Shown here one piece after another: positions 25,323 to 39,400 of a stretch of DNA of 64,000 nt. The notes below the pieces were generated by a model that was not told the origin of the DNA, ran no database searches, and worked only from the letters and a program-made list of their open reading frames with translations. How positions within the stretch are numbered: the first letter of the stretch is position 1; each line of letters begins with the position of its first letter. A program made the position numbers and the translations under genes. The DNA is from Lama guanicoe (taxonomy: Eukaryota), in contig MU054212.1 in NCBI GenBank assembly GCA_013239625.1, forward strand, positions 3,100,001 to 3,164,000, in the 5' to 3' direction.

Positions 25323-25440
25323 TGCCAGCCCCGCGGCTCCCAGTGAGCTGGGAGTCAGATTACGGCCGCTTGTCTGATTGGGTTTTTGGAGTCTAGGGGT
25401 GGAAAGATTCTGCACCATGTGGCAATCGAGTTATATTTGC
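25323..25440 (-). promoter_or_regulatory. AQP4 M1 5' UTR / proximal promoter
   Basis: Immediately upstream of exon 1; CCAAT at 25381-25377 and TATAA-like at 25435-25431 on the minus strand; TSS cannot be fixed from sequence. Confidence 0.5.
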
Positions 25441-25965
25441 ACTTGAAATGCCTTTCTCTACCTGATCGCTCTAGGGTATTTCAGGAACACAAAACACTTG
25501 CCCACATTATGTTTTTTTAGCTGGTAATCCTGGAAAATGAGGCTTTCCCCAAATTTTTGTGTGAGTTCTTCCCGCCACAGAGAACGGTGGAGACATTGTC
25601 TTCTTTTGGTTATGGGTGTAGTTGAAATTGAACAAATATTAAAGCATGGATCTGCATGATCCCAAAGTTGAGATGATTGGAGATTCAGACTGCAGTGCCC
25701 TTGACTTTGAGGGGCAGACTATCCAGTGGGCTCTATTTAAAGTTTCTGATCTCAGAAGCAGACTTTTCAGCACAGCAGATAACTGCAGGTCCCTGTGTAG
25801 CCCGGGCAGCACTGATTTGGATAACAGGAAATAAGACAGCTTCAGAGTGCTCCCCTGTGATAACAACTGTTGGGTAAGAAGTAGCAAATTTTAAATATAT
25901 CAAGGTAGGGTGGGCACACAATTTGGGGGAAATGTAGGTAAATTTAATATCTAGAAACCTAGGGA

Positions 25966-26123
25966 CAAGACTGTCTACATCATTTGTGGGGTCTAGTGCA
26001 AAATGAACACAGGACTCCTTGCTCAAAGACTGTTAGGAATTTCAAGATTGCAACAGCGGGACGTTAAACAAAGTGTGGGGCCCTTCGAGGTGCACAGGTT
26101 TGTGTGCCCATAAAGGCATCCCT
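25966..26123. mobile_element. MER45A-like (hAT-Tip100) MITE
   Basis: CTACAT.ATTTGTGGGG.C.AGTGCAAAATGAA...GAATTTCAAGA...GGGGCCCTTC...TGCACAGGT...CCCTG. Confidence 0.7.
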
Positions 26124-28301
26124 GGCTAAGGAGTTGGGCGAACTCTGGAAGGTCTGAGAATTACTGTCTGCATCTCCATCTCATTAATTTTTTTTTCTTT
26201 AAATGGACCCCAAGTACATGGAATTGGAATAATAATAATCCTTGGTGTGTAATGCTCTCACCAGCGGTACATATGTGACCTTCTTTAATTTTGTAATAAT
26301 TAAATAATTACTTTTTAATAAGATAATGAATATCTGTGAGTCCATCGCTCTCCCCAACAACTGGAACTGTCAGTGTAACTCGCGTTTACCAATGGGACTC
26401 TCCCATCCCTGCCTCTCCACCTACCATCTCTTTTCACATCAGAGTTTTTTTTTTTTTTTTCCAGAATGAAATGTGGCAATAAAGACATGCAGGAGAGGGA
26501 AGAAGAAAACGGTTCCATTTTCACATCATATTTACAGTTTTTCGTTTTCTTGTCTCGTTTGGGTTCTTGAGAATTGGGAATGGCTGAAAAGCTCTTGTGA
26601 GGAAAAGGAATTAATATTTTGAGTGCGAATTTCAGACGAGCTCTTTATTTCTGTTTCAAGCATTCTCAGATAACAAAGATTAAGTTCGCATCCTTCAGAA
26701 TGTGGCCGCACACGGATGGTTATCCATCAGGGGTTTCGGCCTTTTAAAAACACGCCCCCTGACGTCAGAATAAGCTCTGATGAGAGGGGAATGGGGAATT
26801 TGTGTGAATCCACAAAGAACACTTAAAATATTTCATGTTGATGCTTAAAACTATTTATCATTTAGACTTGAGAATGAGTTTTTTTGAAGATGCAAAATGT
26901 TTTCTGTTCTTTCTTAAATTTGAAAACTTGACCTTGACATTGAGTCAGAAGTGACTGTGAGGCCTCTGAACCCGAGGAGCAAGGCCGGCTGCAAGGCTAG
27001 TTTCTTCTGTGCAAATCAAACCTGTGGTCGGATCCATAGGAACTCACCCCGAGCGGCCCTCCTGAGGGCTGCTGGTCACCGGGGGGGACATTTTTCAGGT
27101 CCAGTCCCTGGAAACGGCGCTCAGCTCATTAGCATTCACTCCACTGCCCTCGGCAGTTCCCGTCACCATTTTACGAAGTGCCAGCAGAACTTGGTCACCA
27201 CCGTTTCTCAGCCCCTTTCCCTTTCTTCTGGCTGGCTGATCGCGGCCCTGGGAGAATGTGTTGACAGTTCCTAAGGGATGGCTGTTCCCATCGAGGTCAG
27301 GGCCACCCTAATTGGCACCAGCTCCTACTGCTTTATTAGTACTCTCAGCAGAGCGGCTTGAACTTGACCAGGGGTTAACCCTTTGCCGACCGGAGCTGGT
27401 TTTTCTTATTAGGTATTACTTCTTATCCTTTCTGTATTTGAGTTGATGTTATTGATCTTCCTACAGTGCTCCTGTGAAATAACCAGCTACTTTCCTGGGT
27501 TTTCTTTAAACTAGGCACAGACACTTCCAATAGGATTGTCTGGGGCAAACGACGCAGGATACACTAATAAAGAAATCAGCTGTACTGCACATGTGATGAT
27601 GGTGGAAGCATTCTGAGGTGGGGAGCCCTGGAGAACAGGAGTAGCAGCTTCTAAGCTGAATTGTTTTGAAATGGTCTGGGCCTAGAGTCAATTGAGATTA
27701 GGAATCTAAAGTTTTTTCCCCCCTTTGGTAGCCTTAAAAGAGTCTAGATGCATTTAAAGATGGAATAACAATGTATTGAGGAAATCTTGACTTACTGTAC
27801 CATGCTCTCATCTTTAGGGAAAGGCTGGTAGCATGGCACGTTGATTTAAAATCAGTCTTATATGCCAGGCAAGCTTGTGAGGTTTTAGTTGAAGAGCTTT
27901 GTGAAGTTGTTGGTCAGTAAGTTACGAGAAAAATGAAAGAAGGGTAAGTGAAAATCACAAAAGTTCCTCAGCAAAAAGTAGCCAATGGATGCACTTGGCT
28001 CCTGAATTCGTAACCGACTATGTCATACTGTTTCCCTCTGGAGCTGATGTACAGCTTTGGGGTCTGTGGACTCCTTTTCCCTCCCTGGCCCTCAGAGCTA
28101 ATATTCCTTCATACATTCAGAGATTGAAGACTAACATAACACAAACGCACCAAAAATGGCAGCATGCCTCAGTCCCAGGAGGGAAGTGTCCCCAGGCTGG
28201 CAGGGGCAGACTCGGTCACAACTCACACAGCTTACCTTGCTTTTCCTGAATCTAAGCGATGTGACTCCCCCCAGAGCACTTAAATGTCAGTATGTTTGTT
28301 G

Positions 28302-28342
28302 AAAACAAAACAAAACAAAACAAAACAAAACAAAACAAAACA
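28302..28342. repeat. (AAAAC)n microsatellite
   Basis: Direct reading, about 8 units. Confidence 0.9.
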
Positions 28343-31300
28343 ACAGCAGCATTGGCAGCCACCACACAAAGGGCTCTCACAGAGCTTTGTTCTCTTTTCA
28401 AAGAGGTGTTCCCTTCCTGTTACAGTAATTCAGAGTAGTGTCCGGAAACACAGCTCACCCCCAAAAGAGTAAAAGAAAATAACAAAACCCAGCAGGGACC
28501 CCCAAAAAGTTTGACGTAGCTTCCCTTCCTCAGGGAGGTGACTCTGAGAAAGCCTGGGTCTTCCCAATGGACGTGAGACCTTTCGCTGTGTCGCACTCCT
28601 GCCCCCACGCCCCACGGACCCAGGTTTCCCCGTTTGGTCATGGCAGGCACGGTTTCCTTGGTTGAGGTCCAGGTGGACTCTGCTTTGGCTGGTGAGCCGT
28701 ACTCTGCTGACATTTAAGGCAGGAATTCCCTGGGAAAATAGTCCAGAGATTCTCTCGGTGCTGCTGGCGGGGTTCCAAAAGGTTTAGGGTTCCCTTCCCT
28801 CGGCAAACGGGCAGAGGGAAAGGGAGGGACGGGAAGAGAAACAGAAGGACTGTATTGAGTGACTGTATTTCATCTGAAGCTTGTGCGAAAAAGCAGATAT
28901 GTGGTTGGATAACTGGATACTCTTCTCACCCCTTATCTCCCCCCAGCTACTATGACAGAGTTTGGTTGGCCGTTTTAAAGGTTGCTCAGACATCCACAGT
29001 CGAAAATCAGTTTTCTGGGAAGCAAAGAACCTTGGGATCGAATGGGTTGGACCAAAATACTTAAAATGGCCAATAGGTGAAGTGTAGTCTGTAGTAGTAA
29101 TTCTTCCAAAATTTAAATTAAATTGGAACGTATTAAGAGCCACATCAACATCTTGGCAATTATTACCTCTTATACAGAAAGCCTCAGAATCTTCATGTTT
29201 TTAACAAAGAAAGATAATCCCAGCTTTAGGGAAAGAGCAAGATGCTTTAAATTCTGTGGGTAAGGGGACCTGACAGGAGGAGGAGACCAAAAAACTAGGA
29301 AGGTTTAAAAAAAATGCTTTTTGAATAATGTTAGAAACAGAATATTTTCCAAGAAAAGAGAAGAAAAATAGTCATAATCTGCGATTATTAAAAAAAAGTG
29401 ATAAACGTTCAATAGTCAAGTTATTTGGGAATTTTCTCAGATGACCCTTCTAATAACTCAGGCAAAACTTTCTCTTGTTTCTTTCTTAGGTGATCACACA
29501 CCCTTTTCCTTAACCTCTGTACTTCCTCTTCTCGTGCACTCAGAAGAATCATGCCCGTGAAGAAATTCACAGGGCCTCTTAGAGGTGTCAGGTCTCTTCA
29601 GTGGGTTCACCTTACCTGAACGTGCTTATCTTTAGCTAGCCCTTGGCCTGGATGCCTGTTGCAGGGGACCACGCCATGGCCACACCTCGTCGGCTCTTCT
29701 AAGGAGCCAGCTAAGGTGATCCTTTTGTCTTCAATCCCTTTCCCTTCTCTCCGTGCCGCGTGATTCTCTGGTTCATTGAGCACTCCTCAACATCTGTCTC
29801 CTCCGAGAAACCGCCCTTTGCAAACTAGCTGGGCTCTTGTCACTTGAGATACCCATGGAACCAACGCAACACTCTGCAGGTACTACTAGGGGATGTGTTT
29901 GGCTCGTTCACCGGTGTTTTGTTGCTAGTTTACTCTGTCTTTCTGGATGTGAATTGAAGTTGTGGGCCATATATGTCCTGTTCAATTTCTGACAGTAATG
30001 AGGATGATGGATGAGGATGGGGGGACAGTAATAATTTTGGGGATGACACCGTTGTGCAGTGGGAGGAGAAGGGTTAAGAGCTGGCAGTCTCACCTCCATC
30101 ACTTAGTTCTTACGGCTGTAAGCCATTTGATGTTTCTGAACCCTATGTCTTCATCTATGAAACAGAACAGAACATTATCTCTTTCCTCCCTTTTTGCAAA
30201 GTGGTGCTAAGTCCGGGTGCCCTCCTGACCCCATTCTGGTTTTGGACCACCTCATGTGGGCTTGCATAGTACTTTGGTTCCCTGAGTTGTATCACACAGT
30301 TGTCCCCAGCATGCTTGTCTAACTCCATCACTGTAGTCTGTAATCAAAATGAGAGCAGAGAAATGCTCCAGGAATCTTAGTCATTCATGACACCTAATAA
30401 TTCATTGTTGTATCCCCAGCACCTAGAATAGACCCAAGACACTTTCTAAAGACTGAAAAACATTGTAGAATAAATAGCAAAGCGAATGAGGCTCAAATAG
30501 AATGATATTAGCAGACGTGCTTTTCCAACAGAATTGATAAATATAAATAATGATGATGTTGATGCTTGTGATGAAAAGGGCATATGATTTGTTAGCCAGG
30601 AAACCTACCCATTCCAAATCTTGAAAAAGCCATGTATTCTTAATCGCATTTCCCCATTTAAAAATGAAATAGTAAGTCTTTTCTAGTTCAGGTAAGAATT
30701 AAGAAATAATAAATTGTTAATGTATGTGCAGGGCTGTGCAATAAAGATCTAGGGAATTGGGAAGTACCAACATTAATGACCCCATTTTATAAACTTCATG
30801 TAGACACAGATAATTCCAAGGCCACATTTCCAAGCTGAAGTCAGAAACAATACTAAACAAACTCTGCCTTATGGATTAATCCAAAATGTCTCAGCACATT
30901 TTATTAAAAAGTAAGAAACTGACTTGGATGTCATCTCCTCACTGGCTCAGGAACCCTTTGGGGATGATGACAATAAATGACATTTACATCTCTGACATAT
31001 ACATACATATACACACAAATACATAATATATATAATTATGTATAATATATATAAAATAATACTAGTATATTTTTGTCTACTATGGGGCTGTTGGTTGCTT
31101 TTTAAGCATATGAATTCTATCAGGGTATAAGTGCACCTTTTCTTATATTCTCCCATTTATCTAGAAGACTTAAAGGGAAGTTTATGCTTTGCTCTTCTTT
31201 TGAAAATAGACTCATAGTTTATAAGCAAATGGGCTAATTTGGGGATCATTTGTTAAAGTATTTTAATAAACACAGAATCCTATTCTTGCTAACTGGTTAG

Positions 31301-33004
31301 ATTATTTTTTTAAGTAACATTTTCATTGCAAATGAGAGGGACTTTTAAAAGAACAATTTAGTGAACCAGGAACATACTGACATAATGAACTATGATTCCC
31401 ACTGATAATGGAGAGTGTTTGGTACAATACAGCATTGTAACAAAGTCTGAAACTGTTTTATCGATGTACTCAGTATATAGTTCATAATTTGTTGTAATAG
31501 TTTTCTGTGTATAAGACTTTATCATCACCCAAAGGGGCATATGAAAATCACTTTATAAACTTTCAAGAGCAATACAATTCTTCTTTATGATTATTGCTAA
31601 TAATTCCATTTGAAAAATGAGAGCTTGCTGAGTAAATGGAAGACTCCTGTGACATCTTGGTAATGTCAGCATGACACCCTTCAACAGCACGTCGCATAGC
31701 AGAGCTCACAGAATAAGTATGCAAACCTCATACCACCCTTCTCATTGTGCACAACATTTTGAATAGAAAAAGTGTTGTACCAAGTGGCTTATGGCTCCTG
31801 GAATGTTAGAGACAGAGATCGTCAGTATCAGAACATGTGAAATTCTCAACACCTTGATTTCAGCTGCGATCACTAGACCCAACTGCAGCCCAACATGGGG
31901 ATATAGCCCTTCAAACACTTTAGAGTGCTGTGTAATCCTCTGAACGTTTAATTTTGGCGAAGGGAGAACAAGTGCTCCCATAGTTGGGAGATTGAAGTCT
32001 TAAAGGTTTGTCACCTGTCAAAATCACATAGTTGAGGACATGAACCAGTCCTAGAATCTGGGTCCTGAAGAGTTCACTTTAACCACTGAAATTTGTTCAC
32101 TTCAGCTTTGATTTTTTTGCTTGCATCAGATCCTTACTATGCCACGCATTGAGTCAGTAGGCCATAGCATATCTTTAAAAAAAGAAAGTGAAAACAAATC
32201 CATTTAACTATCCCCCCCCCAGCAAAATTGTTGTTGGCTCTATGAAGCTAAAATTAGATGGAAAGATTGTCGATTGTCCAGTCTTCTAGGCTGACATTTC
32301 AAAATCAACATTGGAAGCAAAATTTTAAATCTGTGCATTTATAAAATCAGAATATCAAGAGTGGACTAAGCAACTAATCAAATATTTTAGGACATTGTGA
32401 GGTACCTAGAAAAAAGTTAAACAGTCAGTCTATGTCACCTATGGTAAAACATAAAAATTGTTAACATGGTAACAGTGGACTGAGAAGGACTGAGATATTG
32501 TCCTATTTCTGGATGGCTGAAATATGAAACTGATGAGAAATTAACTAAATACTGTAACACCAGCTGCTTCATAGCATGGGATGCTCTTGCAGAATGGCTT
32601 GCAGGGTAATGAGCACAGGGTTTACCCTGGTTCAGGAGTGTGCACCCCACCCCAGCTTCCCATGCTGCTCAGTCTTCCCTCCTCATGGCTCTGGCCAGGT
32701 GTTCTCCGGTCCCTCCAAGCTGCCTGCCCCAGGGGTCCCTCAACCTCCTCACCTTCTTGCTGTTTCTCCACCCTTTCCACGGATGACCTCAGCCCCTACA
32801 TCACAGTGAAAACAAGCCCTCAGATGAGAAATCCTTTGAATTTCCACAACCAAACCTAAAAATGTCTTGGCATCTGCCTAATCCTCTCCCCCTCATCTGT
32901 TTCCTGTGAGAAGAGTCTCCCTCTGCGTGTCTTGGGTGAATTCTTCCACTCCTGGTCTGGGTCCCACCCATTGCTGCCTCCTCCAGTACCATTCTCTAAT
33001 CTTA

Positions 33005-34351
33005 CCTTTCTGATCAAACTTTTTGATCTCAGGAGCCCTTTACAATTGAAACTTCTTGAATGAACTTTTTGTTTATGTGAACTGAAATAGAGAATTTTAA
33101 AAGTGTTTTATTTCATTTAAAAATAACAATAATAAACCCAGTATATGGTAACTAAATTGAATTTTCAAAGAGAAATATTCACATTCTCCAAAACAAAAAA
33201 ATTGGCGAGAAGAGTAGCATTGTTTTACATTTTTGCAGTTCTCTTTAATGTCTGGTTTAATAGAAGATAGCCGATTCCTCTTTCTGCTTCTTGGTGCAAT
33301 CTGCTGGGAAATGATTGTTTGGGAAGAGAATCCTGCCACACACACATGTAGCTGGAAAAGAGAAATCTATTTTAGTAGCTTTTTCAGATCACTGTGGGTG
33401 TTTTTCTTTGATAGTACACCAAAACTCAGTAAGTGGTCATTTTTTTAAAGGTTAGCATCAATGTGGATTCTGAAGGCATATTAATAAATTTCTATATCTT
33501 GTTACTTTAAACTCTATTCATCTATTTTTTACTTTGAACTAGTCTTCTACTCATAAGGCATGATTTTTAACATTATGCATAGTCATTTGGAAAACATTCA
33601 TTGACTGATGTGGCTCTTCCAAGGGTTGGCACATTTTACTTTATAATATCAAAAATATCATATTTATTAATATCACCACCAGTCACATCAGAAAAGTATC
33701 AAGGTTTTGAGAGCTGTCAACCTCATGGTAAAAGGCAAATTTTCCAAAATTATAATTTTTGCTTGAAAGCTCAAATATTATTTCTGGCAACAAATTTGTC
33801 AGTTTTTCCAGAAGTGACAAGCTCATTTACTCATTTCCAAGAAAATGTTTGCCAATCACTCCACTTGAATAGCCATAGCATCAGCCATTCCTTAAAGTAA
33901 AAACAGTATTCAATGAACAAAGGGGCTGGTTCAGCCCCCTCCTCCATCAGTCCTGAAGATGACCACCATGCTCCATCTGTGGCAGAAGTGCTCATGCATG
34001 CTGCTCATTTCGTCACGTAGAACATCACATAGACCTGCACTCAGGGCCGAGAGTTAATACAATGAGTAATTTTTGTGCTTCCTCAAGGACCTTCCTAAGT
34101 GGAACTGACACTGATTTTCCTGGTGTGATGGTGAAGAGTTCCACCACGACTAGGACAGTCCGACCCCTGATTCCCACCAACGTGCCAGCAGCTCTACCCA
34201 CCACGGCTTTTGTGCCGACAATTCAAAAGTCACACAGTGAAAAAGGCAAGTAACATCGCGTTATGATCATGAAAACAGCTGTGATCACCCAGACTCTCTG
34301 AAACGTCTCAGGAAGCCCTAGAGGGAGAGACCACACTTTGAGACCCACAGC
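33005..34351. mobile_element. Charlie1a-like hAT DNA transposon relic
   Basis: About 1.35 kb; left CAAACTTTTTGATCTCAGGA.CCCTTTACA, internal GAGAAGAGTAGCATTGTTTTACATTTTTGCA, right GACCACACTTTGAGA.CCAC. Confidence 0.8.
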
Positions 34352-35116
34352 TCTAACTGATTACTCCTTTTTTCTATATTTTAACTCTGTACTTAACATC
34401 GTCTCTTTCAATTGGGAACCACCCCCACCAAAGCAAAAAACAAAACAAAACTGCTCAACCTCAGTTGCCTACCAGAGACCATTAAATCTATTTCCCCTGT
34501 ATAGCCAAACATCCTTAAACAGCCATCTCCATTTATTGTCTCTGCTTTTTTCACATTTTGTCCTTTCAATCCCTTGCAATCTAGTTTCTGTCCCTAATGA
34601 TTCCTGTAAATGGCTCTTTTCAGACTCCCAGGGCCTCCTCTGTTGTGTGACCCTAGAGGAAATCTCCAGTCCTTACCTTCCTTGACCTTCTGCAGCCCCG
34701 ACCACACTGACCACTCACTCGTCCATCACATATGTGCCAGGCGTGGAGCTAAGTGCTTTCCACCACACGGCTCATTTAATCTGTGTGGCATCCTGGTGAT
34801 GGTGCCATGATTATTGTTCCATTTTACAATTGAAAAAAAAAAAGAAAGAAAGAAAAGTGCCCAAGGTCATGCAGCTCACAAGTAGAAGTGCAGACTCTCA
34901 AATTCAGGGCTCCATGACCCCAAAACCACAGGTTTTAAGCACTTCAATATACCCCCTAAGAAACACCCACCTCCCTTTCCCACGACATCATTCTCCAAGT
35001 TTGCTGTTATCAGTTTCTCAAACCTCTATCATTTCTGTTCCACCTTTGCCACTTTTTCCATATCTAAGTCAACTCTTCACTACTACTTTATAATCATAAA
35101 TGTATATATATGTACA

Positions 35117-35315
35117 CAGTTGACCCTTGAACTGTACAGGTTCACATACCCAGATTTTTTTCAACAGGAAATAGTGCAGGACTACAGGATCCGAGGTTGG
35201 TTGAATCTGCGGATGCCGAACCTCAGATTTGGAGGGTCGACTCTAAGTTACAGGCAGAGTTCTGACTGCTTGGCGGGTGGGTGCCGCTAACCCCTGAGCT
35301 GTTCAAGGTCAACCG
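35117..35315. mobile_element. Tigger2/MER8-type TcMar MITE
   Basis: TIRs CAGTTGACCCTTGAAC ... GTTCAAGGTCAACCG; internal GGTTGGTTGAATCTGCGGATG. Confidence 0.8.
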
Positions 35316-35749
35316 TGTTTAAAGTCAGCTCAAATGTTTACTTAGCATCAATCTGTGCGACTTCTCCGCCAGTTTGAAAGGCTGGTTAGATTTTTACGAT
35401 GCACATTCAGTTCACTATGGGACTTTCAGAGAAGTCCATTCCACGTCCCACCTCCAGCCGTCCTGCACACCGTCCGTGTGCGGCTGCTGCCTCCACGGTG
35501 CGCAACGTCACTCTCTTCGAGAAAGGAGGCAAGGGAGAGCAGGTTCTGGAGGAAGTGCCTTCTCTCAAGATGGAAGGAAAAGGGGAGGCAAATGAAGATG
35601 TGTGTGCATCTTAGTTGATGGTGGTAAAAAATGGCCGGCCCTTCAGGCTACACAGATGAAGGGATGTTTGATAGAGCAGCATAGAAATCGTTAGAGAATT
35701 AATTACCTCGGGATGAAGGATGGTGTTTTTCAGGCGCGAGGCTCAGGCT

Positions 35750-36400
35750 CTGCTGTCCGTCAGTGCCTACTGCACAGACCAGAGAGCCACGTGAGTGGCA
35801 GCGGCGCTGTCCTCAGACCCCGGCCCCGCTGGTCCTGCGCTGGTCCACTGCTCTAGAAGGCTCTGCCCCAGCTCTGCCCCCTGTCCTCCTCCTCCTCCTC
35901 CGGCACGTCAGAGCCCCTGCACACCACACGCCCCACAGCCGGGACCCCACAGAAGAGCTGGGCCTGCCTCTTCTCTTGCCCCCCTCTGCTCTCAGGGTCC
36001 CCCTGCTGATGTGCGCAGACCCAGGTCCCAGTGGCGGCCGGCGGCCGCGGGGGCAGCTGTGCGTGTAGGAGCTTGCGCGGGGCGTCCGCACGCGCGCCGG
36101 TGCCGCGGCTGGGAGGGGAAGGGGGCGCCCCATCATGCAGCGGGCTTGGTTACCCCAGAGTCAGAGACCTGAGCCAAGGAGACAGAAGTGCTTTCCGGGA
36201 AACAGGAGCGACAGCTCAAAGGGAACGTGTGCTGCAGGTTCCACCATGCGACCCCCCCCCCTTTTTTTAAATCAGTTCCTGGTAGGAACAGAATTAACTA
36301 GGGCTAGGCCACGCGTTGTGATGAAGAGTCTATTTAAATAAAGTGGGAAACTGGTGGACTGTGGACCTGGCGGAGCAGCGCTGTGTGTGGTTGGTACCCA
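35750..36400. promoter_or_regulatory. Intergenic GC/CpG-rich island between AQP4 and the CHST9 3' end
   Basis: Dense CpGs (GGCGGCCGGCGGCCGCGG, GCACGCGCGCCGG), no repeat signature recognised. Confidence 0.55.
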
Positions 36401-39400
36401 GCCTAGCTTCACAGGTGTCACCACTGTGACTGTTTTGATACGGACCCAGCTGGAACCGGGTAACATTGGACACAGAACAGCAAAATGAGTGGAAACACGA
36501 TGGCAAAAAGGAGCCCGAGTGAGATGAACACAGAAAGTCTTCCCTTACTTGCATTTGGTGAAGATTTTCCCCTATTTTTTAGAAAAAAAAGGGAAACAGT
36601 TTGTGTAGAAACTACACTCCGTATTGTTTTTGGCTTCAGTCAGGTACACATCTATTGAACAAACTCAGCTGTTCCGCAAGGCGCTGGTAGAACAGTATGA
36701 AAACCGACTCCTGAGGGTATCGGGTGGGAGAAGAGACTTCAGGTGCAGGAGATTTAAGATGGCAAAGATTTGGATAGATCTGTTTAGGAAGCGTGCCGGG
36801 GAAGGCACAGGAGAGAAATAACAAGGTCTTGGTCAGCTAGGAGTGCTTCTGAAGTTAGAAATTTGTAGGGAAATCAGCAACATTCTGTAATTTTCTTTAG
36901 CAGTGATTTGCAGTCGGCACAGGAACAAGTGAAATGAATGGAGCAGGTTGGGTCAAGCTTGGCACAGTGATTGCTTAAAAAAAATCCCGTGTTTGGTGAG
37001 AACAGCACTGAAGGGGGGTGGCCACGCTAATTGTCATCATCATGATCACTGACTTATTTTTTTTTAAGCTCTTCCTATAGGACAGTTTCTGTCTTTAAGT
37101 CTTTAAATCTGTCATTTCTGAACTGGGCAGGAGTCATGTGACCACAAGAAGGTTCGCAAGCTTGGGAAGATGGAAGGGCAAAGTGCTTCCAGGGCTTGAT
37201 GAAGGTTCCAGCAATCTGTCTTTAGTCGTTTTGACTTACACTGGAGGTGGGTGGAACTGCAGTACGAGGAATTTAAAGTTCTGACAACTGAAAAGTGAAT
37301 GCCTGAGACACAGCATGGTGATTGTCTCTGAAGGTCATTAAAACATGCAATGTATCATTTTGGCTGTTTTGGAATATTTTAGATGTGGCCCTTTTTTTGG
37401 GAAGCAGGGTTATAAACAAGCTGATTACCCCGAATCCCTTCCTAACTTTAGGGATGTGAAATTACACTTAGTACTTTTTTGTTTTGTTTAGGCTTTTACT
37501 GATAGGGGGAAAAAATGAGGATTTAATCTCATTATTTAAAATTGAGAAGATAGATTTTCAAACAAAATAATTTGGCTCTCTGTGCTGTGGTTGAGAACTG
37601 TGGCTGTCTGTGAAAGTGTTTCCTTTATCAGGTGAAAAAAATCCAATCCAGACCCGTTTCATCTTTCATTTGGTTAGTATTCGGTACCGTGGCCGTGTCA
37701 GGGAAGCACCTTACTGTCATGTCTGGAAGATCTTAATTGGCATTTGTCATAAGTAACTTTTAGACTTATGTTTAGAGGCATGTGGAAAAAGAGACACAGA
37801 TTTCAGCCCACCTGGCCGGTTTGCTTGTCTGGGGATGTGGAGCAATCTTAATTCAGATATCATGCAAGTCAGCGGGCCATGCAGGCAGCATCTTCTGGGA
37901 AGCTGATTGTTCATGCACAGCAAAACTCGCTTTCAATTACTGAAATCAATTTTTTCCAATGCCTCAAAGCAGGGACCATTCTGAGGCCTTTGAAAGCAAT
38001 TTTTCATTTCATGTCTTTGCAAACCGACACATCACTCCGTTTGCTTTGCAACAGAAGAGCTGATTTAAAGCATTTCGCGGCCGTGGCTCTCTCTGCCTCT
38101 TCTACCTGGGATCCCGTGAAACTTCTAGACCATTCTGTGCCACACGGTGGAACTCCAAGATGGCCTTCTCAATAGAAAATGTGTTGGCAGAGTGATAAAA
38201 ATTGGGTGAATGTATGATTTAACCAAGGAGATTTTTTCGCCAATATTGGTACCGATGTGATTGCTTATTCTTTTGTCAATTTGATTGCCTGGAAGATTGT
38301 AAGAATTCAGCAAATGGCTTTTAAAGAGTTTTCATTCTTTACATATATAGGTCACCTACTCGAAATCTTATTTCCCAGCTTAAAATAATTTTCTGACTAA
38401 TGTGTTACATACTTCCATGGACAGTCTCTCACTTGTAAGAAAAATATGTTTTTTTTCCTCCTAGTGATAAATACTAAAACTGATACATTTTTGAGAACAT
38501 GACATTGAACACTGGTAGCCTCTGCTCTTCTCTCCAGTCCTCGTGTCTGGAAAGCTTTGCTTAACATGGAAAGATTTTGTGTGTGTGGGTGTATGTGCAT
38601 GTGAGTGAAATAAAAGGGAACTCCATTGCGCTGTGTGGCTAGTTTCCAGACAAGTTTTGTCTTGCAAGTGATCATTTTAAAGTAATTTGGATTCTTCAAT
38701 GTACTACCATTTAAAAATCTGTATTCAGGAACATTGCTGTTAATACTAGAACTTTAGTTACAGTCACAAGTTTGAACCCCAATAAAGCTATAGCCCAGAG
38801 CCTATAAAAGTATCCAAAAGATGTTTCTGAAAAATATTTCTGTGGACTGGAATGGAGAGTTGGCGGGGATGGGATGATTGGAAGGAGTCCGGGAGTGTGA
38901 ACTGTAGTGACTGACTAACGGCTAAAAGTTACCCTGTATTTTGATCTTGTCTTCCATTTAAAGGAAAAGATTGCATTTTCAAGAAGATCATTATTGCCGA
39001 TATATGTCAGTTTGGTTGTTAAAAATTAGTACTGATCTTTTGATTTTATTTTGGGCTGCAGGCTTGCAAAGCTTTACTTCAGACTGCAGTAACTAAAGGT
39101 CCATGGCTCAGATTTATAGAATTACTGCAATGTGGGTATCTAGTCCAATTTTCTTACTTTTCAGAAGATGAAACAGAGTCCCAGAGAGGTTTGTAGATAA
39201 ATGGAGAGAGTTGTGCTTTTTAACTCTATTTGATAACAGAATTTTTTATAAAAAAAACTTTCATTGGGGTTTTGGTGCAATACGTAAGTACCTGATACTT
39301 GGAGAGTATAGAAATTGAAGCTGAATTACTAAATCAGAAGGTTGCGCGGCATCTGGTGGAAGGGCGCTTATCCTTTAGCTTTTTTCTGGCTCTTCTTCCA

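Noticed and set aside
35763..36341. Overlapping 100-125 aa ORFs
   Set aside because: Low-complexity GC-rich translations with no homology I recognise
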